Shown here: piece by piece, positions 53,903 to 64,000 of the stretch
Layout: the number at the start of each line of letters is the position of its first letter
Numbering within the stretch: position 1 is the stretch's first letter
From: Diplonema japonicum
Lineage: Eukaryota > Protista > Euglenozoa: Diplonemea
Reading direction: 5' to 3'
DNA: 64,000 bases
Assembly: GCA_964019335.1 (NCBI GenBank)
Contig: OZ025761.1
Coordinates: 124,001 to 188,000, forward strand
Notes under the pieces: model-generated
Seen by the model: the letters and a program-made list of their open reading frames with translations, nothing else
What the model was told of the DNA's origin: nothing
Databases searched by the model: none
Program-made: the position numbers and the translations under genes

Positions 53903-55021
53903 ATGAGCCTGACAGTGTTCATCAAGGTGGAGAACAAGGAGACGTACGAGGTGGAGCTGGGAAGCCATGACACTGTGAAGGACCTGTACAGGAAGGCGGG
54001 GGAGGCTGCTGGAGTAGAGGTGGGAACCTTCCTCTTGCGATTCGAAGGTGAAGAACTGGACGAGACTCTCGGTGGGAATGAGATACAGCACCTTGGGATG
54101 TGGGAGGGGTGCGAGCTCCTTCTCTGCTGCAATGTCCGCAACACGATGTGTGTCCTTTCACGGGAGCTGTCTTCAGAAGAGACAAGGAAGGCAATAGAAC
54201 AGCGATTGGAGGAGGACCCTGACCTTCTTCTTCAGGTGGAGGCAAGTGATGTGTTTCTTGAACTTTGTGAAATGGATCTCCCTTTTGAACTTCGCCACCT
54301 CAAAGTAACGGACCCTGGGAAGCGTGTGACCGCCATTGGGGAAGGCTTCCTGGAAGGATGCGAGTCCCTTGTCACACTTGACCTCATCTCTCTTCAGAGC
54401 GTTTGGGGGATTGAAAGTAAATTTCTTTATGGGTGCAAGTCATTACAGACTGTTGACCTTACCCCCTTTCGCAACATAACAAGGGTAACCTTTGCATGCC
54501 TAGCTTACTGTGAGTCCCTTACACAGGTCGATCTGGGGCCCCTTCAGAACGTGACGGATCTTGAATTCGGTTTTATGGAATCTTGCAAGTCACTGCAGAC
54601 GCTTGACGTGAGCCCACTTCGAAATGTTAGGGTGATCGGTGGATGGTTCCTCAGCTGTTGCTCCTCCCTCACTTCTGTGGATCTCAGCCCTCTTCGTAAC
54701 TTAACGGTTGTTGGCGACTCGTTCCTCAGCGACTGTAGTTCACTCACTTCTGTGGATCTTGGCCTTTGTGACGTGGTGTCTGTGGGTGACTACTTTCTCA
54801 GAGGGTGCGGGTCTCTAACTTCAGTTGATCTACGACCGATGCAGGACCTTCGCAGTATGGGGCGCAGCTTTCTTTCTGACTGCAGTTCTCTGACCACCGT
54901 TGACTTCGGGCACCTGAGGGAGAGGGTCGCAGATGTCGGAGAGGGTTTCATGCACAACTGCAACGAGATACCCATAGAGGAGCGACGACCGCCGTCTCGC
55001 GTTCGTTGTACTGTGTGTTGA
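53903..55021 (+). CDS. UBL-LRR protein with C-terminal CaaX (CTVC)
   Basis: Conserved UBL, eight LRRs, ends SRVRCTVC*. Confidence 0.85.
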   Translation: MSLTVFIKVENKETYEVELGSHDTVKDLYRKAGEAAGVEVGTFLLRFEGEELDETLGGNEIQHLGMWEGCELLLCCNVRNTMCVLSRELSSEETRKAIEQRLEEDPDLLLQVEASDVFLELCEMDLPFELRHLKVTDPGKRVTAIGEGFLEGCESLVTLDLISLQSVWGIESKFLYGCKSLQTVDLTPFRNITRVTFACLAYCESLTQVDLGPLQNVTDLEFGFMESCKSLQTLDVSPLRNVRVIGGWFLSCCSSLTSVDLSPLRNLTVVGDSFLSDCSSLTSVDLGLCDVVSVGDYFLRGCGSLTSVDLRPMQDLRSMGRSFLSDCSSLTTVDFGHLRERVADVGEGFMHNCNEIPIEERRPPSRVRCTVC

Positions 55022-55311
55022 ACCGAACAGAAAAGCAACAGTGATTATGTGTGTGGGTTAAGTCGGAAGTCTCAGAGGCTGAGCGGCGCTCGACCCCTAA
55101 GAATCGACGACCGACGCTTTGAAAAAAAAAATCTTCGTGAGTGAATAAAAAAAAAAAAAATAAATAAAAAAAAGATCCGGTTTCCCTTAGAGGCTACCGG
55201 GTACTTTTTTTTTTTTTTTTTTTTGAGTTCTTTCTTTTTCTTTTTCGTTCGGAAAAAGAAGATACAAAAAGGGGGGGGGGGGGGGAAGGGGGAAAAGAAA
55301 AGAAAAGAAAA

Positions 55312-55629
55312 ATGCAACCTGCTATAGCGGTAGGCATCGCTGTGACTGTGGCCTGTGCACTTTATATGTATTACAGGCACTGGCAAAGTGTGCGTCATCG
55401 GGATCTAGATGATTCCGAAGGTGTTTGTTCCCCAATAGTATCCCCCCCGCCGCTTCCTTCGGGTCCTCCTGCTGGGCCTTATCAGTATGCAGCCGCTTCT
55501 AACCCATATGCCGGGCAGTATGCTCCACCTCCGTGTGCTTACGCCGCGCAACCGGTACCTGAAGCTGCGCCGCAGCCCTACCCTGAGGAACACTACCCTG
55601 CCCCCTCCGCTCCACCCCTCGTGCAGTAA
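55312..55629 (+). CDS. Small single-TM Pro/Tyr-rich protein
   Basis: Paralogue of 52029-52403. Confidence 0.65.
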   Translation: MQPAIAVGIAVTVACALYMYYRHWQSVRHRDLDDSEGVCSPIVSPPPLPSGPPAGPYQYAAASNPYAGQYAPPPCAYAAQPVPEAAPQPYPEEHYPAPSAPPLVQ

Positions 55630-55765
55630 GCGGGGGTTGTGCGAGAACGTACATTTATTCTCCTCCCTCTTTTTCATTTCTTTTTTTTTTTCTTTTTTTT
55701 TTTTTCTATCTTCTCCCATTGATGTAAGGGTCTTGTGTTAACATGTGTTGAGGGCAAACCTAAAC

Positions 55766-56085
55766 AAAAAGAAAAAGAAATTCGATAATTTAAAGGAAGC
55801 CGGTGGGGGGCGCCCTGCGCAAGCACCATCTACTTGATTACAGGGGGCGCACCAGCTTCTTCTGCGTTCCGTGTCGTGTTCTTAATGCGTGCGGTGTGCA
55901 GCTCAACCCCAGCCGATGCGTCCCGGGTAGCCAAGATTCTGGGTCCGTGCAGTTTGCTGCCTATTCGTCACCCTGAGCATCTTCTTCTCCACTCGGGCGC
56001 TACCGGTGATGACCGACGAGGAGGTCAACAGCGAACAACACATCTGATGTACTTCTCTTTGTATTTTCATGTTATCCCCACCAAC
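55766..56085 (-). mobile_element. Ribozyme-headed, T-tailed SINE-like element, copy 3 (HDV-like fold ~55956-56085)
   Basis: Reverse-complement copy; the P1 5' strand is GTTGGTG (one mismatch). Confidence 0.8.
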
Positions 56086-56221
56086 TGAAAAAAAGAAAAA
56101 AGAGAAAAGAAAAAGAAAAAAAGAAAAGAACCTTTTTTTACCGTGTTTGTTTTTCCAGACCACGTAATCTGCCTTGAAAAAAAAGAAGGGAATGTTTCTC
56201 ATTCATCCGCCCCTGAAAACT

Positions 56222-56256
<35 letters not shown>

Positions 56257-56373
56257 AGATTTTTGAACATCATTCCCCCCGCACTCTCTTCCCTTCCTTT
56301 TTTTTTTTTTTTTTTTTTTTGCTCTCGCCAAATATAATAAAAAGGAGAAGAGAAAAAAAAAAAAAAAAAGTTA

Positions 56374-58029
56374 ATGCGAGCCTGCTTCGCAATCGCCTGC
56401 CTGGCAACAGCCACGGCGGAGCTGCTCGGTGAATGTAGCAATGACGATGTGGTCCATTTCACAATCAGCCTGCGACAGGGAAACATGGAGTGGTTGGCAC
56501 GAGAATGGTCTGAAGTGGTAGAAGACGTTAAAGGCCCTAGGTGGAGGGACTTTCAAACTATGGCTAAGATAAACGAGAAAACAGGTGCTTCTAAGCCGGA
56601 CATGAGCTCCGCAAAAGAATGGGCCCGCACACATGGGTTCACGATCGTGTCCTCCCACCCCGACACCCTGAATATGCTCGGGAGCATATCAAACATTAAA
56701 ACCGCTTTACAACCCAGCGAAACCTTCCACCGCTACTCGCTCCCTGGAAGACGCATTGTTCCCACAACGATTAAAGAACCGCACCTCAAACAGCTACCAG
56801 AGTTCATAACAGCTGTTCATGGATTGTTCAAATACCCGTTTTTGACGAGAACAAGACGCAACAAGGCACAGGCCCCGCTCAAGGCGTCCATTTCCCCGCA
56901 AACAATTCGCCAGCAATACAACATTACTGTGCAGAATTCGGTGATGGGAAACATTAGTGTAGGACAGATGTCGTTCTGCCCGGTGGGGATCAACGACTGC
57001 AACCAGTTCTGCAAAGATGGGAATTTAAACTGCGAGCTGAAGGCGTCGGATGTAAAGGGACCCTCGAGCGAGGTCAAGCCCTGCGATGAAGCTGACATGG
57101 ACGTTCAAATGAGCTTTGCAGCAGGACCCGGCTTGCCTGTTACTGTAGATGGAGGGTTCACAAACCTTGTAGAGTGGGCGACAAGCTGGCTCAACGACCC
57201 CAACGCCGCGCTGGCAGAATCCCTAAGCTACGGAACCCCCGAATCGACAAAATCTCAAACAGACTCGTTAAACACCGTTCTGATGAAACTCGGAGTTGCT
57301 GGGAAAGCGGTTTTCGTGTCGTCCGGCGACGCTGGCGCAGCAGGCGCGTCTGGTTGCAACGGAAAGTTCAACCCTGACTGGCCTGCCACGTCACCTTATG
57401 TAACGGCTGTCGGTGCCACGCAGTCCACACCCGGTTCAGCTTCCCCGCTTAAAAACCCCTCCAACCTCTGCACTAACGAAGTTGGCCCTTGTGTTGGATC
57501 CGGTGTTGAAGAAGCTGTTTCGACCAATCTTTCAATGTTTACGTCTGGCGGAGGTTTCTCAGATGTGTACTCGCCCCCTTCCTGGCAGAGTGATGTTGTG
57601 ATGGGCTATTTGTCGAGCGGTGTCCGCCTGCCTCCTGCGGGCTTGTGGAACAAGAACGGTCGGGGGTACCCTGATATCGCGGCATTCGGCGGGCAAAACC
57701 TCGTTATCAACGAGAAGAAGGTCGGTCAGGATGGGGGCACCTCAGCATCGTCACCCATTTGGGTCGGGGTGTGGGGGCTTCTTAACTCCGCGGCTTTGAA
57801 GAAATCTGGTAAACCGCTGGGCCCTGCAGCGCCTTACCTTTACTACATGCACGGAAAGGCACCCCATTGTTTCAATGATATTGTGACCGGTGACAATATG
57901 TGTCCCTTCGAGGGGGCTGACTGCAGGGCGTGCAACGGCTTCGTCACCACTAAAGGGTGGGATCCTGTTACCGGGCTGGGGACGCCCAATGTGCAGTGCA
58001 TGCTGTCCTTTGTGGAGAGTGATCTGTAA
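56374..58029 (+). CDS. Sedolisin / tripeptidyl-peptidase I family (S53) peptidase
   Basis: Signal peptide, prodomain, EADMD, SSGDAG, GRGYPD, GGTSASSP, GWDPVTGLGTP. Confidence 0.92.
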   Translation: MRACFAIACLATATAELLGECSNDDVVHFTISLRQGNMEWLAREWSEVVEDVKGPRWRDFQTMAKINEKTGASKPDMSSAKEWARTHGFTIVSSHPDTLNMLGSISNIKTALQPSETFHRYSLPGRRIVPTTIKEPHLKQLPEFITAVHGLFKYPFLTRTRRNKAQAPLKASISPQTIRQQYNITVQNSVMGNISVGQMSFCPVGINDCNQFCKDGNLNCELKASDVKGPSSEVKPCDEADMDVQMSFAAGPGLPVTVDGGFTNLVEWATSWLNDPNAALAESLSYGTPESTKSQTDSLNTVLMKLGVAGKAVFVSSGDAGAAGASGCNGKFNPDWPATSPYVTAVGATQSTPGSASPLKNPSNLCTNEVGPCVGSGVEEAVSTNLSMFTSGGGFSDVYSPPSWQSDVVMGYLSSGVRLPPAGLWNKNGRGYPDIAAFGGQNLVINEKKVGQDGGTSASSPIWVGVWGLLNSAALKKSGKPLGPAAPYLYYMHGKAPHCFNDIVTGDNMCPFEGADCRACNGFVTTKGWDPVTGLGTPNVQCMLSFVESDL

Positions 58030-58541
58030 GGAGGGAAAAGAAATTGTTGTTGTGATTTTTTCGACTGAATATCAACTCCATTGCACCCCCCCCCCCCCCC
58101 CCCCCGACAGGATTAAGCGTTACAATGATTCCTGATTCTCTGTCCTCTCTCTGATTCTTTATCTACCAATTTGCATGTTTCATTTTTTTTTTTTTTTTTA
58201 ATTCAGTCGAAAAAAAAAAAAAAAGCGGGGGATTTTTTTTGTCTTTTCTTTTCTTTGCTTTATTGCGGGGGGAGAAAAAAAAAAATCCCCCTTTCCCCAA
58301 GAGTGCATTTTTTTTTTTCTTTTTCTTGTTTTCTTTCCACCCCTCCCCTCCCTCCCACTTCATGTTTATCCTCAAACAGCGCGCAGATGTTATATGTTCG
58401 CCTTTTTTTCCTTTTTTTTTTTTTTGGAATAAACTTATTTACCCGCCCCACCCCTATCAATTCTACTCCATTGCGCAACACGCCCAACAGGTGTGGGTGC
58501 GGGGAGGGGGGGGTCTTGAACCCGACGGAGGGCCTGTCTGC

Positions 58542-59453
58542 ATGGTACGCGTTGGTGTGTCCATCCCGGTAATAGGCGATGGGCGGTTCGTGGTTGCGCG
58601 AAAGCTGGACGAAGGCGCATTCGGTGACATTTTCGTGGGGCACGACAACTCGAGGCAGAAAGAGGTTGCCATCAAGATTGAGCTGGCGCGGTCCAAACAC
58701 CAAATGCTGAAATCTGAGGTCAAGGTTTTCAAAATGCTCGGAAACAGCGAGAAAAAAGGCTTCCCCGAGATGCTCTACTCAAACTTCGGCTCAGAAATCA
58801 ACGTCCTCGTAATGAGCCTCATGGGCCCCAACATCGAAGTCCTATTCTGCTACTGCGGGAAAAAATTCTCGTTAAAAACAATATGCATGCTCGCAGACCA
58901 GATGATTCGCCGCGTAGCAGCGTTGCATTCCATTGGGATTTTGCACAGAGATCTTAAACCGGAAAACATGGTGATGGGAATAGGAAGATGCGCGCACCGG
59001 TTACATCTCATTGACTTCGGGCTTGTAAAAAGCTACCAGGACTCCAAAAAACGTCATTTACCCTACAGGGACGGACGGCCATTGATAGGAACAGCTAGAT
59101 ACTGTTCTCTATGGACGCACGAAGGTATCGATCAGTCTAGAAGAGACGATTTGGAATCGATTGCTTTCATTGTTCTTTATTTGTACAGTGGGAAGTTGCC
59201 GTGGATGGGTATACCGGCTACGTCGGAGGACCCTAATATGCTGATTTGGAGGAAAAAGCAGACGTCCCTCGAGACGCTGTTTGCCGGGACCCCGCAATGC
59301 TTGAAGAACTTCGCCACTACCGTCCGAAAGCTTCGCTTCGACGCGGCCCCCGACTATCTGGCGCTCCGCGAACTGTTCTCGGAGAATTTTACCTCTTACG
59401 ACTGGGCCTACGACTGGCGGGTTCACTACGAAAGAAGTCGGGAGGATAAATGA
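58542..59453 (+). CDS. Casein kinase 1 family protein kinase
   Basis: EGAFGDIF, VAIKIE, LMGPNIE, HRDLKPEN, IDFGL, GTARYCS, QSRRDDLES, LPW. The ORF upstream of ATG 58542 is low-complexity. Confidence 0.9.
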   Translation: MVRVGVSIPVIGDGRFVVARKLDEGAFGDIFVGHDNSRQKEVAIKIELARSKHQMLKSEVKVFKMLGNSEKKGFPEMLYSNFGSEINVLVMSLMGPNIEVLFCYCGKKFSLKTICMLADQMIRRVAALHSIGILHRDLKPENMVMGIGRCAHRLHLIDFGLVKSYQDSKKRHLPYRDGRPLIGTARYCSLWTHEGIDQSRRDDLESIAFIVLYLYSGKLPWMGIPATSEDPNMLIWRKKQTSLETLFAGTPQCLKNFATTVRKLRFDAAPDYLALRELFSENFTSYDWAYDWRVHYERSREDK

Positions 59454-59489
59454 TGGGGGGACTTTTACAAGCCCCTGTTTTTTTTTCTT

Positions 59490-59548
<59 letters not shown>

Positions 59549-59596
59549 CTGTTCCCCAAGCATATGTAATCTACAAGTAAGAAGGTACGTCAGTTG

Positions 59597-59650
<54 letters not shown>

Positions 59651-60171
59651 CCAGCGCAGAGAAAAGAAAAGGGTGGCCCGACCCCCTTCGTTGCCTGACT
59701 ACGTACCCGCAGCACATGCAACCAAAGATTGACATTATTCTTTTCTTTTCTTTTTTTCTTCTTATGATCAAAAAAAGAAAAAAATGTTGGGCAGCTATGC
59801 ATTACAAATAATAATCTCTTTTGTAAGGAAGAATATTTGTAGGCAACCTATAGGTTTTATTTAGGATTCTTTTTAGGATGCCCTTGCTCCAAGGATCTGG
59901 GTTGAAATTGAAGTGGTGACATGACCCCTCTCCACTACCCAATGTGGAAGCAGGTTGCCCAGTTGCATACTTCATCATTTTCGACACTCTCGTTTTTGAT
60001 TCCCAAAAGCTCCTAAGAAGTAAGCCTTAAAAAAAAAAAAAAAAAATTGTAGGTACATACATTACGGGGAAAAAAAAATAAAATTACCCCCCCCCCCCCC
60101 CCTTCCGTTTTCATTTCTTTGAAAAAAAGTTCAAAAACTTTTATTTTCAACAAGGGGGGGGGAGGAAAAAA

Positions 60172-63100
60172 ATGGATGTTGAAGGCGCGTCCCTCACCGG
60201 ATCGACGAGGCAGGGCAGGGTCAAGCGGCTTTCCCAGACGAGAAATGTTAGTGCGAGCACAGCTGGGCAGAACGACGAGGAAGAGAACACCGTTCTGAGG
60301 AGGATGATGTCCGTGCAAGTGGTTGTGACGCTGCTGTGCCTCGTGAGCATAGTGGCGAGCAGTACCTCTGCAACGTTATTCATGATGCAAGAAAGCGAGA
60401 GCGCAGTGGAGCTAACGCGCGACAGCGGCGACAGGGCCACGAACAGTTGTTTCGAAAACGCGGAGAGCAGCTTGCACGAGGTGTCCGATTCGCTATTGGC
60501 TGCGAAGTCAAACGCTGTGCTGTCGATGGTCCGCGACTTCACCCACCTTACGCTTTTTGAGACCACTAGGATACGAACGCTTCTTGCGACGACCTTCCGT
60601 GGGCAGGACACATCTATATGGAGTGTTTTGTCACAATTCTCCCCGCAGTTATATACGGCGCTTGTCACCCAGCTTCCTCGGGGCCTCGCTTTAGCGGGAA
60701 TCGGTAGCAACAACGACAAGCTACTTCTCTTCGCGAGCGTTCAAAACTTCAACTTCGCCATTGTCAACAACGGTTCACAGGGTAGTTCCACCCAACACCT
60801 CTTGGACCACGAGACGGGGTATTACGACGGCAGGGTTCTGCGAAACTCCTCCTTGGCGCCGAATACAGTGTCGGGATATCTGTTGGCGTCAAACAACATT
60901 GTTGAGCTGAACGAGTCAAAGTACGGCAGTGTCATCCCGTTCGGGAATTATGTAGGGTGCATGCTTACCACGCATGTTCAAGATAACCTTGGGAACAAGC
61001 TGTATTTGTATTTTTCTATTACGCTTCCGAAGATTTCGAGCTTTTTGAAACAGCTCGTGCAGGATGCGAGGGTGTCCGGGAGTGAGATGAGGATGTACAC
61101 GTGCACTTCCACCTCGTGGATCCCACCAGCGATGAAGGCGAAGAACGTAACGTTCAACATTATCGGCGACGAGGAGCGCATTTTAACCGGCGTGTCGGAC
61201 GGCGAAGCCAGCGGTCTAGTCGGCAGTAGCTTCCGGTACCTGTACGACCACGAGGCAACGGATCCCCTAATTCAACGTATCGCTACGAAAATATCAGGCG
61301 AATACGAACGTGTTGAAACCATGAAACTTGTCACCTACCACATAGCTAGAAACGAGTCAACAAACGACACAGAAAGGCATCTCGTGAGGGTTAAGCAAAT
61401 CTCCGACGCGGCCATCGGGATAAACTGGTGGTTTGTCATCAGCATCGATGCTGAAAACGTTTTTGGGTCCATCGAACAGCACGCGCTGCAGGTGCAGCTT
61501 GCCATCGAGGATGATAAAGCACACGTTCAGGACGAAGTCGACGAGAAATTGTTGATCACGGTGATGGTCATATTGGGTATCGCCGTGTTTTTGATCTTCC
61601 TGTCAGCCGGTGTTACAAAGGTGATCCTCAACCCGCTGTTGGAACTTGTTGAGGACATGCAACACGTCTCACAAATGAGCCTTGACAAACAGGTTTCCAA
61701 CGGGCTCTCATCGCTGTTCGAGGTTCGGAAAATGCAGCGCAGCTTCAACAGAATGAAGCGAAACCTGAAAGACTTCAAGGCGTACGTCCCGAACGCGTTG
61801 CTAAACAGCAACAACGATGTCTCACCCGTCGAGCCCCCAACAGGCATCGTGTCGGTTGTATTCACCGACATTACCAAATCAACCGAATTGTGGGAACTCT
61901 CTGTAACTGGTATGAACATAGCAATGGAGCTTCACAACGAAATAATGCGTTCAGCGGCGGGCGACTTCGATGGATATGAGGTTAAAACAATCGGAGATGC
62001 CTTCATGGTGACCTTCAGCGATCCATTCGACGCTCTACAATTCTGCTTCACCGTTCAGTCGCTCCTCTCAACTCAAGAATGGCCCGCTGAACTGTGCCTG
62101 GACGCCAACGGTTTAAAAGTCAGAATGGGCTGCCACATAGGCCACACCATTCCCGAAGAAAACCCTTTAACAGGAAGGCGCGACTACCGAGGGCCAGCAG
62201 TGAACATAGCATCTCGATGCGAGGGAAAAGCAGCGCCTGGAACCGTTTGCATAACCCAGAACATGCTTAACTCAGTACAAGACGGCCTCGCATCACTCGG
62301 ACCGACAAAGGTAGAAGACATCGGACTGCAAAAACTGAAGGGAATCGATGGGGAAAACAGGTTGTTCCTCGCGGTACCCGCGTCGCTAGGCGACAGGTTG
62401 AAATCGAGTAATGTTCGACAAATGGCGTACGAACTGGATGTGGTGGCAGAAGCGTCGCCACACTCCGGAGGGATCTCACACAATTCATCGGGAAACTCTG
62501 GATTTACCCATGGAAACATGCTTCCCGCTGCACGAGCATCGATTCCTTTAAAAAAAACCGGTTTAACTCTGGTGAGCGGGCAGGCAACCATTGCAGTGTG
62601 CAGCATTGATGTGAAAGAGGAAAATGAGATCTTCGATGGGTGTAATGCTATGATTCGGTCGGTCATAGAGGCAGCAAGCCAGACGGACGGTGTACTCGGT
62701 TTTGTAACAGGTAGGGAGATGACTGTCTCATGGAATACTTCAAAGGGGTGTAAACTCCATGCTACTGCAGCGTTGAGGTTTGCTTCGCAACTACACCGCA
62801 GGGCATCGCCCTACATGACCGTTGGCCTCGCTACCGGAGACATCCTTTACGGGAATGTGGGGACGCAGACAAGACGGTTCAACATAATATTCGGGAGGAC
62901 GCTGCATGCAGCTTCGTCTGCATGTTCGCTCGCCAGGCATTTCGAGGCGTTTTGTATTTTCTCCGACTGCACTTCCGATGGGAGGTGCAATGCAAATCCT
63001 GCCATTTCCCCCTTCGTACGGCTTTTGGATATTTGGTTCGACACCAGCACCTCGACAGTCATCCCTTTTTACGAGCTGCTCAGCGAAAAGCTGATGACGC

Positions 63101-63470
63101 AGCTTGAGGATGCTTGGGGGACAATTTCCGGGAGGTGTGTTGATTTTTTTTTTTTTTTTTTTTTAAATTAATACCTACCCAGTGATGCTGCTTTGGATGA
63201 ACATAATCAAGTTATCCGGGAAGCTATTCAAGGCCTGCCTGGTGCGTTCGAAAAACTGAGCGTTATATTCACATTGAACACTGAGGACAAACCTCTGGCG
63301 GTATGGGGAAGGGGATAATAAAAAAAAAAAAACTATCACAGAAACTTATCAAGCTCCTCTCCAAGGTATCCAACAAAACCCCAGAGGTGGGCAAGTGCTA
63401 TCGAACCAGGGTTAGTTTCAACTATGATTTACCTGCTGGCGCTCTTGATTCTGAGGATGTGGGTTTGTAA
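60172..63470 (+). CDS. Receptor-type adenylate cyclase (TM, extracellular domain, TM, HAMP-like, active cyclase, degenerate cyclase); introns 63135-63182 and 63301-63341
   Basis: VFTDITKST, YEVKTIGDAFM, RMGCHIG, DYRGPAVNIASR. Two GT-AG introns extend the frame to TAA 63468-63470. Confidence 0.88.
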
Positions 63471-63896
63471 GGGAATGTCTATCTCTTTTTGTTTCTTCCT
63501 TTTTTTTTTTTTGCAAATAACAATGGACCCACCCGTGCGAAACCAGGGGGAAGAAACTAAAGGGAGGAGGATATCGGGGTGCACGGCGGAGTGAACAAGG
63601 GACGGGAAAGGCTTTTTTTTTTATTTACTTTCGTTTCTTTCATGTTCACTGGGAACCACGGAGAGGTAGGGGGAAAAAGAGGTGAAAAGAAATTCAAGAA
63701 AGTGGGGGGGGAGGGAGGGCTATTAAAACTTGAGAGGAAGAGTTTTTTTTTTTTTTTTTTGACTTTGTCAAACAAACAAAAGGGGGAATATGCTTTTTCG
63801 GGTTATAAACTACTCCAGGTTTCTACCCGGTCTTTTGTGTATGAGTTAATCTGAGGTGTGTCTTGATCTCTTTTTTTTTTTTTTTTTTTTTTTTTT

Positions 63897-64000
63897 GGTG
63901 GTGGGGATAACATGAAAATATAAGAAAAACATCAGATGTGTTGTTCGCTGTTGACCTCCTCGTCGGTCATCACCGGTAGCACCCGAGTGGAAGAACATAA
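63897..64000 (+). mobile_element. Ribozyme-headed SINE-like element, copy 4 (runs off the window)
   Basis: Starts GGTGGTG directly after a T-run; P1/P3/L3 intact; P4 5' strand CACCCGAG. Confidence 0.8.

Noticed and set aside
58239-58541. N-terminal extension of CK1
   Set aside because: Low-complexity T/A/G tracts with no homology.

Overview
Eukaryotic, repeat-rich genomic window. It is most consistent with a euglenozoan (diplonemid/kinetoplastid-like) protist. This is an inference from all host genes lying on the + strand, few and very short GT-AG introns, long poly-A/T/G/C tracts, VIPER/TATE-like and ingi-like retroelements, and expanded cyclase-like families. Host genes include six ubiquitin-like + LRR genes (five end in a CaaX box) and about six copies plus fragments of a multi-TM pseudo-nucleotidyl-cyclase. 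Single-copy genes are a Ser/Thr kinase fused to an apparently dead PI3K-like domain, a TMEM151-like protein, a possible ATG2/VPS13-like protein, a UBL-ankyrin protein, an S53 peptidase, casein kinase 1 and a receptor adenylate cyclase; there are also two small Pro-rich membrane proteins. These genes are interleaved with nested mobile elements: a Sola-like transposon, piggyBac elements and MITEs, ingi-like and T-tailed LINEs, and a tyrosine-recombinase retroelement. The most striking non-annotated signal is a ~310-bp SINE-like repeat in 4 copies. Its first ~130 nt fold into a canonical HDV-like self-cleaving ribozyme starting exactly at the element's 5' boundary. It ends in a T-tail resembling that of a local T-tailed LINE family that makes long target-site duplications. 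Many frameshifts could be long-read homopolymer or indel errors rather than real decay.
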